Assembly: GCA_965644295.1 (NCBI GenBank)
Contig: CBFFRP010000111.1
Span: 1-64,000, forward strand
Direction of reading: 5' to 3'
DNA from: Paraphysomonas bandaiensis
Taxonomy: Eukaryota; Protista; Chrysophyceae
Length of the DNA stretch: 64,000 nucleotides
A program made the position numbers and the translations under genes. Positions 24,416 to 38,700 of this stretch are shown here, one piece after another. Within the stretch, counting starts at the first letter, position 1. Each line of letters begins with the position of its first letter. The notes under the pieces were generated by a model, which worked only from the letters and a program-made list of their open reading frames with translations, was not told the origin of the DNA and did not search any database.

Positions 24416-24869
24416 GCATCAGGAATTTCTTCCCCTTGCCGTGGAAATGCTAATCACATCTAAATATTCGCTTACTATTTGCCCAATTCAATATTGATAC
24501 TTATAAAGCGTTATTTAGAGTTTATACCTATTTAAATTGGTTCTAAACAAGCTTTCAATATTTATTCTTGCTGTGTTTTACAGCTGATCACAATATATCT
24601 GCTCTAGATATTGATTTCAATCGACAACAATTTCTGTTTACTCTAATATGATATATGCATAGTATTCAAAGCTCGGAACACGTACTCAACCAAACTAACC
24701 AGAAATTGTAGGGTGAGCAGTAGACCCATTTTATGCCATAGCTGTAGAAATATTATGCAGTAGTACGATGAAATAAAAAACAAGGAGTGAAATATTTTAT
24801 TACATACAATGCCACTGCTACTTATTTGTAGTAACGTAACTTACACAGCATTTTACATACCTTGCCTAA

Positions 24870-25882
24870 TCACAACACTATTGAAGGATCCCAACACGTT
24901 TTTTGCTCTAACACACACATACTACTAATATATTCCATTTCCTCCTCCGAAAGTGGATTCAACTGCAGCGAAACATAATTCTCAGATATCCTGACAGGGT
25001 TGCAAGACTTCGGGATAATCGAAAATCCTAACTGCAAGGCCCACAGAAAATATATGCATGACACTGATACACATCTCTTTGTTGCCATTTCTCTCACTGA
25101 GGGAAACTGATAATACTATGGAGTGAAACTACAAACCATTCAATACAAGGAAGTCCTCACCTGATTTAATACATCGGGTTGCAGAAGGAATCCTCGGCCA
25201 AGGGGGCTGTATGCCTGGAAACAAATCACAATGATACCAGTTACTATCTAGCGACAGCAGAACTATCATCCTAACGGAATACCTGAACATGTATTGCATT
25301 GTCTCTACAGTATTCTATCAATTCACTCGGATAAAATGCCGGATGCACTTCATACTGGTTAACCATGGGGGCAACTCGATATTCAGCATCCCGCTTCATA
25401 TCTTCCAGATGAGAAACTGTATAGTTACTTACTCCTATTGCACGTACATGTCCACTCTCCAATGAATCCTGAAGTGCTCGCCAGCTTTCTGCTCGTCGCT
25501 GTCTATTCCTCTCGTCCTGAGGGCTAACCTTTGCTGACCCTGGCCAATGAATCAAATACAGGTCCACATATCCTCCAAGCAAACTCGATGACAATTCTAA
25601 AGATTTTAGCGTAGTTTCGTACCCTTGGTCGCTTGGTCGTAGTTTTGATACTATGAAGACATCAGATCGTTCTAATCCACGTGCATTTAACTCGCGACTG
25701 AGAATTCGGCCCACATACTTTTCGTTTTTGTAACTGACAGCTGTATCAAATAGTCTATACCCTGCATCAAGTGCAGCGGGAATAGCAACCTCCAGGTCGT
25801 TCTCGTTCATTTGATATGTACCAAGTCCAAAGGACGGCATTGAAATGCCGCCAGAGAGAGTGATATCCTTGACTGATGCCAT
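24870..25882 (-). CDS. Aldo/keto reductase, 3 exons
   Basis: MPSFGLGT, GYRLFDTAVSYKNE, VSKL, DLYLIHWP, AIGVSNY, VNQYEVHP, AYSPLG, IIPKS.NPVRISEN. Confidence 0.95.
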
Positions 25883-26356
25883 GTAATTGCTGGATAGCAA
25901 TGCACAGTATCAAATCTTGCAATTGTGCATTACAATGATGATAAACTGGAGATATAATGCAGAGTATGTGGAACTTATATGGATGCAATCTGCTGTCTGT
26001 TGACACAGCAGTTCATATAGTCATGTAGTGAGTGCTGTAGTGTAGCTGTATCTATGTACTACAATTCGTACGGCATGTCCAGCAGCTCTGTGTCCATGTC
26101 CAGTATGTGTATTCTGTGTTCTACACTCGTCACTATAACTATTACGTATGGACGTATGGACGTACATCTATGTACATCTCTCATCAAGTGTCTCCATCTG
26201 CCCATATATAAACTCTATACAGTACTGTACCATACGGCCATACGACTATACTATACACTATACTACCAGAGCACTGCATATAGTAACCACAGGACTCTTA
26301 TATATATTCAATCCAAACTAAGCCATACTGCACTTAAGGGATATAAATATACTCTA

Positions 26357-27611
26357 ATGAAACGTGATATGCATCATAGTAAATCACATCATAATCCTAT
26401 ATTGCAATGGCTTATTGACCATGATTATGGTAGAAAATATTTCAATCTACCAGTATTACAAACAGTAGATACAATCCATCCATGTTTCCATAGAGATTAT
26501 ATACGTGATGGTTATAGAAATCAATATGATATTAATCAAACAATACTTTCATTATTTACTTTTCATAATGAAACTATGAATATATGGAGTCATTTAATTG
26601 CATTCATGTGTGTGCTTTTATCCGGCACTGCACTGGCAATGGAATATCAGGCTGAATCAGTTCCCATGACAGAAAGAGTTTGCATGGGACTATATGTTGT
26701 TTGCGCTGCCATATGTATGTTGCTTAGTACCGCTTTTCATTGGTTTGGATGCATATCGGAGAAATTTTATTACTCGCTCTTAGCTTTGGACTTGACTGGT
26801 GTTGCCATATTAATAGCTGGTAGCTTCATGCCAGCTGCATACTACGGTAAGTGTTCGTAGACCTACATGATATCTATGTTTCTTGCTAGATGACATATCT
26901 TTTATCTGCTTGTGGTTGATAAGTACAACGTGTTCCACTGGTTTAGGTTTCTACTGCACTCCCGTCTTGCAGCGACTGTATATAGGCACCTCTTGCGCAG
27001 TGTTGGTCATTGGCGTCGCTGTGGCTGTCCTGGGATCATCTACTACTCTTTTTGCGAGGCGAGTGCGTCTTTACGGCTTTGGTGCTTTATCTTTCTTTGG
27101 ACTAGTGCCTACGATTCGTAAGTACTCTGTGTAGTGTTAGTACATGTCATGCTCAGATTCGTATATCAGTTATTTTCGTCCATTCTGTGACTTATTTGTT
27201 GTAGACTGGCTGATGATTTCTCCTGTTGAGCATCAAGAGAAACTTGCTTGGGTAAGTTTATTCAATGACCTGCACTGCTACTAACTGTACGTTGCTCACC
27301 TTACTCTACTCGACAGGGTGTAGCGGCTATGTTTTTTTGGTATTCTTCTGGGTTTATGCTTCTCTTTACGAGGTTTCCAGAGTGCCTCTGGCCCCACAGG
27401 TTCAGTCTGATATATTTTCGATATGACCTTTTCTGACTAGCTTTACCCTTGTAGTTACGTGGCCACACATATAGTTCCGTCACACACACTATGGCATATC
27501 GCTGTAGCGGCTGCGACGTTTACTTGGCTCTACCAGTTGCTCGATTTTCAAACACTAATTCAGAATATTGGATGTTCATCGTATGGCGATTTGTACGACA
27601 CGATGCTTTAG
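26357..27611 (+). CDS. PAQR / adiponectin-receptor-like (HlyIII family) membrane protein, multi-exon
   Basis: YIRDGYR, SLFTFHNETMNIWSH, STAFHWF, LDLTGVAILIAGS, RFPECLWP, SHTLWHIAV. Stop TAG at 27609-27611. Confidence 0.92.
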
Positions 27612-27743
27612 AGTGCGATAGGAAACTCGTTTTTTGTGTGAACGAGTTAATGTAGTTGTCGTTTATAGAAAGTGTAGTAAGTGATATCAATTGTGTAAAG
27701 ATAATAGTTTCTTTAAAATGCTTCAAATTACACTAAACTCTAA

Positions 27744-27825
27744 CAAGGTCTGGCAACCATTAATGACTAATTAGTGGTAGTCCCGGCAATTCTAATTGCC
27801 TTTCCGTTTGCGGTTACCATATACG
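27744..27825. mobile_element. Degenerate short copy of the hAT-type MITE family
   Basis: CAAGGTCTGGCAACCATTAATG...TCCCGGCAATT...CGGTTACCA resembles both ends and the core of 40149-40285. Confidence 0.6.
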
Positions 27826-28219
27826 ACTGCTCCCTAGCCATGTAGGAAATTGGATCTAGATCCTACATATGTTATAGGTACTCGAAAACAAAAACTTGGT
27901 ATTATTGTTGCTCTTCATTTACAAGAATATATTATTTATCATAACTTTTAGCTGTCTCACAAAAGAATACATTACAAACACAAAAACTCAAAGTTGACGT
28001 ATCAGCTAGAAATTACTACGAAGTAAGCAGTAAGAACCACGTACTTCTAGCTAGCGTTTCCGGTTTCTTATATGTGTAATGTCCTCACAACCGCAAATAT
28101 ATTACGTAGTATGATACAACAACTTCAAGTTCGAAAAAACACTACAATCCGCATTGTTATTTAAATAGGTATTCTTCAAACATTCCAATAATCAATAATG
28201 AATGCTTCTATAGACCGCC

Positions 28220-29312
28220 TTAATCCGTCTTCAGTTTGAATATTTCGGTCGTGATTCCATCCTTCCTGATAAGCTTAATTTCGACAGAATCACCGGTGTA
28301 TATGTCTCTCTCAGTAGCGGTTACAAAAACATCCTTGACTATCGCCACCGCCTCCTCGGCAGTCAACTTATGGTTCGGATCCTGTCGATTCTTGTGGCCC
28401 ACCTATGGATAGATAAGTGAGCTTAAGTATTAGTTAGATATCTGGAACTCACAAGGTTGTCAAGTATGGGCATGATAAAATTCTGACCAGATCCCATGGC
28501 GCCGTATTCATCTCGTTTGAAAGAACCAATAGCATCATAACCGTATACGGCGCCGCGCCCTGCTCGCACACATTTAGAATAAAGGTACATTAAATGCAGA
28601 GCTGGACACAAGAATATGAGATATGTAGGACGAGAAAGCCAACCTTCTTCATCTAGTCCAGCGACCAAACAAAAGCAGTAATAGGGAAAGAACCGGCGAT
28701 AATAGAGAGTCACACTCAAGAGCTGGGCAGCAGCACTTGTGCTCATCACTTTGTTGTTTCCGTGTTCATACCTATTCGAACTGTCAGTAATATATAATGC
28801 AAAATAGATATATATAGCGTACTGCGTGAGGCGGGCGGAAAGCATCCTTCTCAAAGTGTCGACATCGGTCATACATCCAGCAGTTGCCAAAACAGTCTTA
28901 TCAGTCCTGTAAAGATCATATATCATCATTTCCACATAAAAACTTTAACATTATTCATGTGAACTTACATTTCAAAAAGTTTTGTTTGATTTCTAGATAA
29001 TATTTCATATCCTGTACTCATTCTTGTGCATCCCGCAGCAATGGCGAAGTCATCCCCAGCAATAACCACAGTCGTTCTGATTCAATTATAAGAACTCATT
29101 GATATTAATACACACATTAACTATAATTACCCTCCATTAAAATCATAAGGTTCAAATCTACGTTCAAGTGGAGTCGTTTTAGCTGAATCAATTTCGACTG
29201 ATTGTAGTGGGAGTTCTACAGCACCATCAGTGCTCCAGATATACGCGCTATTGATAGGATTAAATAAGTATTTGTATGAATAAAATATATAGAGATATTA
29301 CCTTGATGACAT
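28220..29312 (-). CDS. PSMB1: 20S proteasome subunit beta type-1 (beta6), multi-exon
   Basis: RFEPYDFNGG|TTVVIAGDDFAIAA, AAAQLLSVTLYYRRFFPYY, GAVYGYDAIGS, VKDVFVTATERDIYTGD...LKTD. Confidence 0.96.
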
Positions 29313-29768
29313 TGTGAATTCTATGTATTCTTTTGTGTTATATTATGGTGAGTGTTTGCTAACACAGAGATAGTTGAAAGCAAGACAAGTCAATAGCCTG
29401 TACACTATACAGTGGTATGGTATGGTATGGTATGGTATAGTATGCACAGGCATACATAGCTGTATATGTAGAGTGTAGAGTAGTATGCAATCCTAATACA
29501 TGCATGTATGTATGTAAAGTATCGTATTACAAAAATTATACTGTACTCTATATACAACACTACGTACAGCAACAGGACATTATTCAGTTCCGTAATATTA
29601 TGGCGTTTAAAGATACCACTTCATCTCAAGATAAGAAACTCTGTTTTTCCCAATAATCCGATTTGATGAAAACAAATTTTAAACTAGTCTTTATAAGGCT
29701 CTCATTAATACACTGATACATACTCCAAGTGATGTATAATCACGAATAGGAGTAATTGTATTTGAGTG

Positions 29769-32700
29769 ATGGGATCAAAACGTATTAAGAAATTAATAAA
29801 TGAAACAACAAAAAAACGTAAACAAGAAGAAAATTTAGATACAAGAAAGAAAATAAAAAGAAATACAAGAGGAAGAAAAGGTAGACACTGACTACTCTAT
29901 TCATCTATTCTGACATGTTGATTAGATAAGAATGAAGAAGAATGTTTAGAAATAGTTTCATCTTCTAATAGTATACATGATAGTGAGAGTATAGATGATA
30001 GTGTGGGATGTGAAGATGAGTCAATGGATTTGCTCAGTGCTGTGCGGAAGGGGCTCAGGGAAACGTCTCAATTACCTTTAGGCGATCGATCCACACATAG
30101 ACCTATTGGATCTTTAGTGAAGCTATTTTATGATGGCGACGGAGTTTGGTATAATGGTCGTGTGTTAGTGTACAATCCGTTTACGAAGCTGCATTTCGTA
30201 TACTTTGAGGTGGATGGGACAACAGAATGGATAGATATCACCCCTAGCAGTGAAGACACAGTACTAATAGTAGATGAATATGTAAACCATAAGAACTGGC
30301 CAGCTCAGAAGTTTATTGGCTCTGATAAAGGTCTGAAAGTTGTATGTAAGAGCAGCACAGGTATGATCGTCTCGTTTGCGGTGCTTCAGTATGACAATTT
30401 TCCTGCAGGTGTCTACACCGAATATTTTCCACACACGAAGACAGCTGTACCTCAGTATGCTATTGCGAAAGAAGCAGATCTAAAGCCACTCGCGAGTAAT
30501 TGGCCCCAGAAAGCCAACCCGAAAAGCGCTCTGTCATGTCAGTTCGCTAGGGACGCGATGTTGGAGATGGCTCGTATTCGACAGGTACCCCTTTACCTTC
30601 CAAGTTTTGTTGGAGTTTTATGCACGCAATGTATATATTTTAAGTGATTTGTTGTAAGTATATGTGTTGCGAGTGCAGGTGGTTCAGGATGAATGCAAGA
30701 AGTGCATGATGGGTTCAGCGAAGGGGTACGACTGGATAGGTACCAAGGTTCGGACATCTTCATTATCCTTAGCACCCCCGAAAGCTATTACATCATCAGA
30801 AGGACAATACACCAACTGTGATGTGGAAGACACAGAGGAGGTTCTCTCTGTGAAATGTTTCGGGACGATAGTTGACTACTGTCCTGGAATTAATGAGTAT
30901 TTTGTAGTGTTCGAGGATGAGTGTATCGCCCCAAAGTGGATTTCAATGGATGTCGCCGCAGGAGAGGACGGACCTGCTGATGTGGAGGTTATTCTCGACT
31001 GGGCCTTTGAGACAATGGAGCGATTTGAAGACGAAGACAAACCAAAGAAACCAGACCGCAGGAGGAAATCCAAGTCTCGCTCGCAGAGACGAAGTGAAGT
31101 TAGTATCAAGTCAGAGAAGAATATTGATGAGGGGAAAGAAAAGAAGGAAGAACCCGTATGTGGTCTATGTAAGCGCGGGACAGTTATGGACATACATAAT
31201 GTAGTCACCTGCTCTGTATGCCAATCCCAGCACTACCATCAGCACTGCATGCCTATGGCCAAGATGCAGCTGTCAGAGAACCAGGACTGGCGTTGCTGGC
31301 ATTGCACATGTAAACCTCACAAAAATATGTATCTATATGTGATGAGTGAACTAATCTAGAGTTAATCATGTACCACACGTCTTGCAGTCTGATTTGTATA
31401 CAGGTTGTCAAGGATGCGGAACATCCTCTTGGACTGCCCCAATTGAGACGACATCTCTAAAGGATGTATTAGGTCTTTCTTCTGCGCCGAATGTGAGTGC
31501 AGGTTTTTGTCGCCGATGTATTGAGGCCTACCGCAAAGGAAACGATGGATACTGTCAGATATGTTATCGCTTCTATGGACTTCAGGAGGGCAATCAAGAT
31601 GTGCATCCACTCTCTTCCGTGGCAGCTTCTGCCAATCTTGTGCATGCCGAAATAGACACAGAGGAAGACAGAATGGTGTGTGTATGTTTCGGAATTTTAT
31701 CGTCTATTCAATGTATTATACCCGCCTTTATGTGTTAGTCATTCATAATGTGTCTGTTCATCTCTAAGGGGGTATTGTAGGTACAATGTAATGAATGTCA
31801 TCGTTGGGTTCACTCCATGTGTGAAGGTATCGACCAAGCACAATTTGAGTCAATGACAAATGGAACACACCCTGTGTGGGGCGTGGAGTACCTTTGCCCA
31901 GCATGTCGGGTTCAGGTCCCGCTGTCAACTATACAAGCCCTCCAGAGGGAAGACAAAACTAAGCTATTTCTGGAACCTGTTACCGTCGAGGTTGCCAAGA
32001 CGTACTTTGATGTGATCCGTAACCCAATGGATCTCAGCACAATGCGGAGCAAAGCCTCTGCAGGGAAGTACAAATCTCTTCAGGCACTGCGTGAGGACTT
32101 TGAGTTGATGTGTCTGAATGCGGTAACATTTAATAAGCCCGGGGATGAGTACTGGCTGGAGGCGAAGGCCTTCTTCAACAGAGGTATGAAGGTGATAGAG
32201 GGCCTTAACCGCAGTACCCACATGACTGCATATGGGATGGAATATGCGGAAAAAGTAAAGCACCCCAAAGCTGGAAAAAATTCAAAGTCAGTTACTGCTG
32301 CTCTTCCTCGTAGACCTGCTCCAGCAGTACAGAAAAGCCGAAAACCGACTGTGCGTCTGGTCGAGGTTGAGGATTTTTCTAAGAATATTCCTGTAGCTGT
32401 TGTTAGTACGGAAAACATTATATCCACAGGGGAAGATAAGGGTATCGTGACGCGGAAGAGGTCTGGTGCTACCGCGACAAGCACATGTATTGTAGACTCT
32501 AATGCAGACCCTCATGAGAGGCAGAATAGAGAAGATCCTAGTCATGATAGCACAATCGGGAAAGAAAAAATTCAGGAACTTCCCAAGCATCCGGCTAGCC
32601 TTCCTGGGCCCCGAAGTGCCATTGTATTTGAAGAACAGTTGCTTGCAGTTGACCTTGCGATGTTTTCCTGCTGTAACGATGTGTGTGCTATGTGCGCCTC

Positions 32701-35700
32701 TTCTGGGTCTCCTCAGTATTTCATATTTTGCTCTGATTGCGGGGAATGTTTTCATTCTTTCTGCGTTGATGCGCCGTTCGCTCTTATGAAAACTCATGCT
32801 CAACATGCTCTCGCGTCATGCGCCGAGAATGATGTTCTTCCTGCTCAAACGGCACTGGAAAGGTGGAAATGCTTAAACTGTGTTCGCGCGTGTGTGGCGT
32901 GTGAGAAATTAAAACCCAACCTTCCAACTTTGTTATGTAGCATTTGTGAGAACGTATATCACGTTCGATGTGTTTCCCCGTCTCCTGTGGAGTCCTTGCC
33001 CTCGTGGGTGTGTCCCGAGTGCATTCCCGCTCAGTGTGTCAGTTGTAGAACCGTTCGTACGCAAAATCTGATGGGGCTTTCTCTGGACCGCCTTGTGGGG
33101 TCAAGATACTTTAAACAGTACAATAAAATCTGGGGATTGGAAGACAAATGCTTGAGATGTATATGTAAAGAACTGTACCTTGCACACGACGATCCATTGC
33201 ATCGTTTAATTCAGTTGAATGTAGAATGTGATGTATGCAATAACAGTTGTGTCGATGATTTAATTTCTTGCAGACAGTGTATTTCTTGTTTTCAATATGT
33301 CCACAAAACTTGTTGCAACTACGATGATAACTCAGATTTCGACACTGACACAGTTTGTGGAGAGTACATATGCCCAACCTGTACCATGAGTGAACTGGCA
33401 TATACTTCTACTCTCGGCAATTGTATCAATGATACGGAGCTAGCAGAAGTACTTAAGCAAGTGGCAGTCATCAAGCGCAATCAACTTCAGGCGTGGTATA
33501 GTCGTGAACGAGTTGAATATCGAAACCCTTTGTCCAATTCGTTTTCCTATACTCACCTGGCAGTTGTGATATGGGCAGCGGAGAGATATGTGAATCTGTA
33601 CCAATCCCCAGTAATTCCATTTTTCAAATGCCATATCATTCAAAAGATAGAGGGTAGCATGGCGGAGACGTATAAGCGACATAAATTGCGTGCTCGACAG
33701 TTTCTTCGTATGTGTCGACCAAATGTAACTTCCACAGCCGAGCAGAACGAAGCGCGATTGGTGTCTCTACTCGAAGGTGAGGCTCCTATTAGCAGTACTA
33801 GCTACAGTAAATTGTGATTGCAATTTAGGTGGCATGTACGCTGCAGATAACGTTGAGAGAATGCCGAGTGCTTTTGGAACTCTGTGTAGAATGGCCGCGT
33901 CTTTCATTGCGGTGACCGATATAGAGTGGCGGTCGATAGATAAACAAGGCGGCAGTGAATTATGTGCTAAGAGCTTCTACTACCGGTTCCCTCCCGACAG
34001 AGCAGTGGAGCTAGTTGTTAATGAAATCCTAGGCGAATCTTTATCAGATAGTCATAGCAAATCTAAAGCCATGCAAATGATACATGTGAGTATTCCTTTA
34101 TCTCTGTGTTTCATGTAGAGTGATCTAACTTACAGGAGACATTGGAGTCATTGCTGAATAATTCACACAGTAAAATTTCCTCTGTACTTGAAGAGAAACC
34201 CAGAGCAGCTCCTCTGGTGTACGGCATCGATGCATCCGCTTGCCAAAAAGGCTTCCATGGAAGGCTGTTAACTACTTCATATGAAAGTTGTCTATGGGAT
34301 AGCATTGCAAGTCGACGAGACTGGGTCACGAAACAGCAGTTGAAGAAGCCTAAGGCGAAGACTAGTAAATTAAAGAAAAAAAGTTCCTCGCAAGGCTGTG
34401 TAGCAGACATTAAAGAGAGCGATATCAATAGTGGAAACGGTCAGACGATCGGCATTGTGGAAAAGACGCCTAATGTAAACGATGGGAAACATACCAGTGC
34501 ATGCGCCGTTACAGGTCAAGTATCGAATGCGGTCACTGCTGATTCGAAGAGTGAGGGAATGGAGGTGACGACTGGTAGTTCAGATCAAATATCACGTTCT
34601 GTGGTGGAATCTGTGAGTGTGGAAAATGGTGTGGACATGTCAGGTGTTTCTGCTGCTGATTCGAAGAGTGAGGGAATGGAGGTGACGACTGGTAGTTCAG
34701 ATCAAATATCACGTTCTGTGGTGGAATCTGTGAGTGTGAGAAATGGTGTGGACATGTCAGGTGTTTCTGCTGCTGATTCGAAGAGTGAGGGAATGGAGGT
34801 GGTGACTGGTAGTTCAGATCAAATATCACATTCTGTGGTGGAATCTGTGAGTGTGGGAAATGGTGTGGACATGTCAGGTGTTTCTGCTGCTGATTCGAAG
34901 AGTGCGGGAGTGGAGGTGACGACTGGTAGTTCAGATCAAATATCACGTTCTGTGGTGGAATCTGTGAGTGTGAGAAATGGTGTGGACATGTCAGGTGTTT
35001 CTGCTGCTGATTCGAAGAGTGCGGGAGTGGAGGTGACGACTGGTAGTTCAGATCAAATATCACATTCTGTGGTGGAATCTGTGAGTGTGGGAAATGGTGT
35101 GGACATGTCAGGTGTTTCTGCTGCTGATTCGAAGAGTGCGGGAGTGGAGGTTATGACTGGTAGTTCAGATCAAATATCACGTTCTGTGGTGGAATCTGTG
35201 AGTGTGAGAAATGGTGTGGACATGTCAGGTGTTTCTGCTGCTGATTCGAAGAGTGAGGGAATGGAGGTGGTGACTGGTAGTTCAGATCAAATATCACGTT
35301 CTGTGGTGGAATCTGTGAGTGTGGGAAATGGTGTGAACATGTCAGGTGTTTCTGCTGCTGATTCGAAGAGTGAGGGAATGGAGGTGACGACTGGTAGTTC
35401 AGATCAAATATCACATTCTGTGGTGGAATCTGTGAGTGTGGGAAATGGTGTGAACATGTCAGGTGTTTCTGCTGCTGATTCGAAGAGTGAGGGAGTGGAG
35501 GTGACGACTGGTAGTTCAGATCAAATATCACGTTCTGTGGTGGAATCTGTGAGTGTGAGAAATGGTGTGGACATGTCAGGTGTTTCTGCTGCTGATTCGA
35601 AGAGTGAGGGAATGGAGGTGGTGACTGGTAGTTCAGATCAAATATCACGTTCTGTGGTGGAATCTGTGAGTGTGGGAAATGGTGTGGACATGTCAGGTGT

Positions 35701-38700
35701 TTGTGCTGCTGATTCGAAGAGTGAGGGAGTGGAGGTTATGACTGGTAGTTCAGATCAAATATCACGTTCTGTGGTGGAATCTGTGAGTGTGGAAAATGGT
35801 GTGAACATGTCAGGTGTTTCTGCTGCTGATTCGAAGAGTGAGGGAGTGGAGGTGACGACTGGTAGTTCAGATCAAATATCACGTTCTGTGGTGGAATCTG
35901 TGAGTGTGGGAAATGGTGTGGACATGTCAGGTGTTTCTGCTGCTGATTCGAAGAGTGAGGGAATGGAGGTGGTGACTGGTAGTTCAGATCAAATATCACG
36001 TTCTGTGGTGGAATCTGTGAGTGTGGGAAATGGTGTGGACATGTCAGGTGTTTCTGCTGCTGATTCAAAGAATGGTAATTTTGCTGAGAAGGACTACCAT
36101 GCTCTGGTTCTGAATGGAAGTTCTAATGGCGAAATGTGTACTGTATCAGTTGTTGATCAGTCAGGACCTGAGAAAACAATATCAGATCTTGGAGCTGGAA
36201 GTGTTCCCTCGGGTGTGATGTCTGGTACCCCATTATCTGTTCCCCCTCAGACAGCTAAGTCCATTGTGCAGAACAGTGCATCTTGCTCCAATGTTATTGA
36301 TGATAAAGTCCCATTTGCTGAATCGTCGAAAAGCGAAAGTAAAAATGCGGATGGTATAGGAAAGAGTTCTAACAATGCTGGGGGAGCTAGTGGTGTTAGT
36401 GAAGCTGCGGTAAAGCCGAAACGAAGGCGCACGGCGAAGTCTGCCCGGACATCTGTGCCTACCTCCCACAGTCAGACTGTTAATAAAAGTGTGCCACAAT
36501 CGAACCCTAGAAGACTTGCCGAAAAGTTTCTCCCTATTCTGGACTACTCGGTGAACACGAGGATAAGGGACGAGGAACTTCGCTTTACGCGTGAAGTGCC
36601 AAAATTAGAGTCTTTATTTCATACGTCATGTAGAACCGTCCATGACCCCACTATGTTGTACTATTGTTCTGGGGGTTGGATGCTTTCTCCTTCACGTGAG
36701 GCAACTACATTGTGTGAAACAGAAATAAGCTCGTGCGTGCAGTGGAGACCTGTGGCCATTTGTTTGTTCTGTAAAGACGGTCATGAAGATTCTACAGTAG
36801 GGAGGCTGCTACCCATGCCATCTGGGACCCGATGGGCACATGTCAACTGTTTGCGGGTTTCGCGTGGTGTTAGAGAGACAAGTGAAGGGTATCTGGAAGG
36901 CGTTGAGGAAGCAATCCTACGGTAAGCTTAGGGTTACAGAGCGAAACTAAGTTATTTGTCCTGAGAAATATTCTGTGTTCAGATACAGTGATGTAATATG
37001 CACTCATTGTAACGTTGCGGGTGCGTCGATTGCTTGTGAACGACGAGGGTGTGAGAACCGGTTTCACTTTAGGTGTGCACTCGCATGCGATTGTGGCTTC
37101 AAGGAGCTGAAACAGGTATACCTGGATTTCGATTGTATATATGGCTTTCACTTTTTTATGCAGACCACTGAGTCCGATAAAAGCGATGAGTGTAGTGTGT
37201 TGTGGAGGACTAAAGTCGTTGTGAATTGCAATGTTCACAAGAAGACAGGTTTTAAAACGTTGAGGACTTATTTTTGTTATAATGCTTGTTCAGAACCTAT
37301 AAAATATCGCCGTGACCTAGACTGTGTACGAAACCCACTGAGGTGTCTGCGAGTTGAAAATGAAGACGTGAAAAGTAGAGCATACCCTGAGAAGTGGAAT
37401 AATACAGTGCAAGCACTGAAGTCAGGTGGGGTTGCTCTGCGTATTGGGACGTTGACTATCCATCGTCTCGGTACCCTCAGTTTTGAAACACCTGGTCACC
37501 ATACAGTTGATTATATATACCCTGTTGGGTTTCGGTCAACGAGAATTTTCTGGTCGATGAAAGTACCAAATCGTAGAACGTTATACACATTCGAGGTCTG
37601 CTTATGATGCATTCTCTTGTCACTGTGGCTGATATATGAGTTGTGTGGTCCGCAGATTCAATCTAATGAGTATGATGAGACCAATCAGTTTCAGAAGCTT
37701 CTCTATCCAGTACCGAGGTTCGTTGTTGCTGCATCCGACCAACCGGGCGAGTACATGTCGTCGAGGTTCGTTCATGTCTCACCACATGCTCTGTATTCCT
37801 TTGGTTATTCTAGATTTTCAGGTCGATTGGGGAATTGTATGACCGGATAATCACCGCGGTTTGGAAATGCAATAGTGCTGGGCCCCACTTGGCGTATGAC
37901 ATCACCAGTAATTCGTCGCTCACTCTTTCCAGGTCGCTTTTTGGTCATTCGGCTCAGCATTTTTTTGGTGTTGGTGTAGATATTGTTCGATATGCGATTG
38001 AGATTCTTCCTGAGACTCTTGCAACAATAGTACCTATGTGTTTTTTCAGCTCTTATCCTCTATGTCACATGATTCCTCAGTATAAGCCCAGATTTCATAT
38101 TCCGCAGAAGGTATGAGTATTTGCGCATTTTGTGATTAGTTGTTATGAATGTCGTAGCCCCAGCTCCAGGAAGTTCTTCGGCGACGAACACAGCATCGGT
38201 TAGTTACTCGGAAAAACCTTCTTGGTAGTTGTCGTGCCGAGGGTTATATTAGCAACAAGAGACAAATACTAGGTAGAAGGGTGAGAAACCTTGCCAAGGC
38301 CATAGGAGATGGTTCTGGTGCAATTCGAAGGAGTGGGAAAGCCAGTTTTCCTGGAGACACGGAAGACGACGATGATGTTCTTGAGAACGCCCGGAAGAAA
38401 TCAAGGTTTGTTTCAGCGACTGATAGGCTGTGTATTTGTGAGGCATGTGCGCTTCGTAATTTGTAATTTCCATTAAATTGTAAATGTACATATTTTTGAA
38501 ATGGAAGTGATATAGTATGAAGGTTGGAGTCTAAGTACAAAGAGCTTGCTACTACCTACGTTATTGATCCAACTGCGAAACTTTCTGTTCGTCGGTCAGA
38601 TATACACGGTTGGGGCTTGTTCGCGACTTCTGAGTTCCCCAAGGATTCTATGGTAGTGGAGTACATCGGTGAAAAGATAAGACAAGCTGTAGCTGATATG

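Noticed and set aside
26054-26356. N-terminal extension of the PAQR ORF
   Set aside because: Low-complexity TAC/ATA-rich promoter-type sequence; PAQR-like sequence begins after ATG 26357.
34533-36068. 117-bp array as a CRISPR array, or the minus-strand QQQKHLTCPHH ORFs as genes
   Set aside because: There are no unique spacers; whole units repeat and stay in frame in the plus-strand SET gene. The minus ORFs are antisense shadows.
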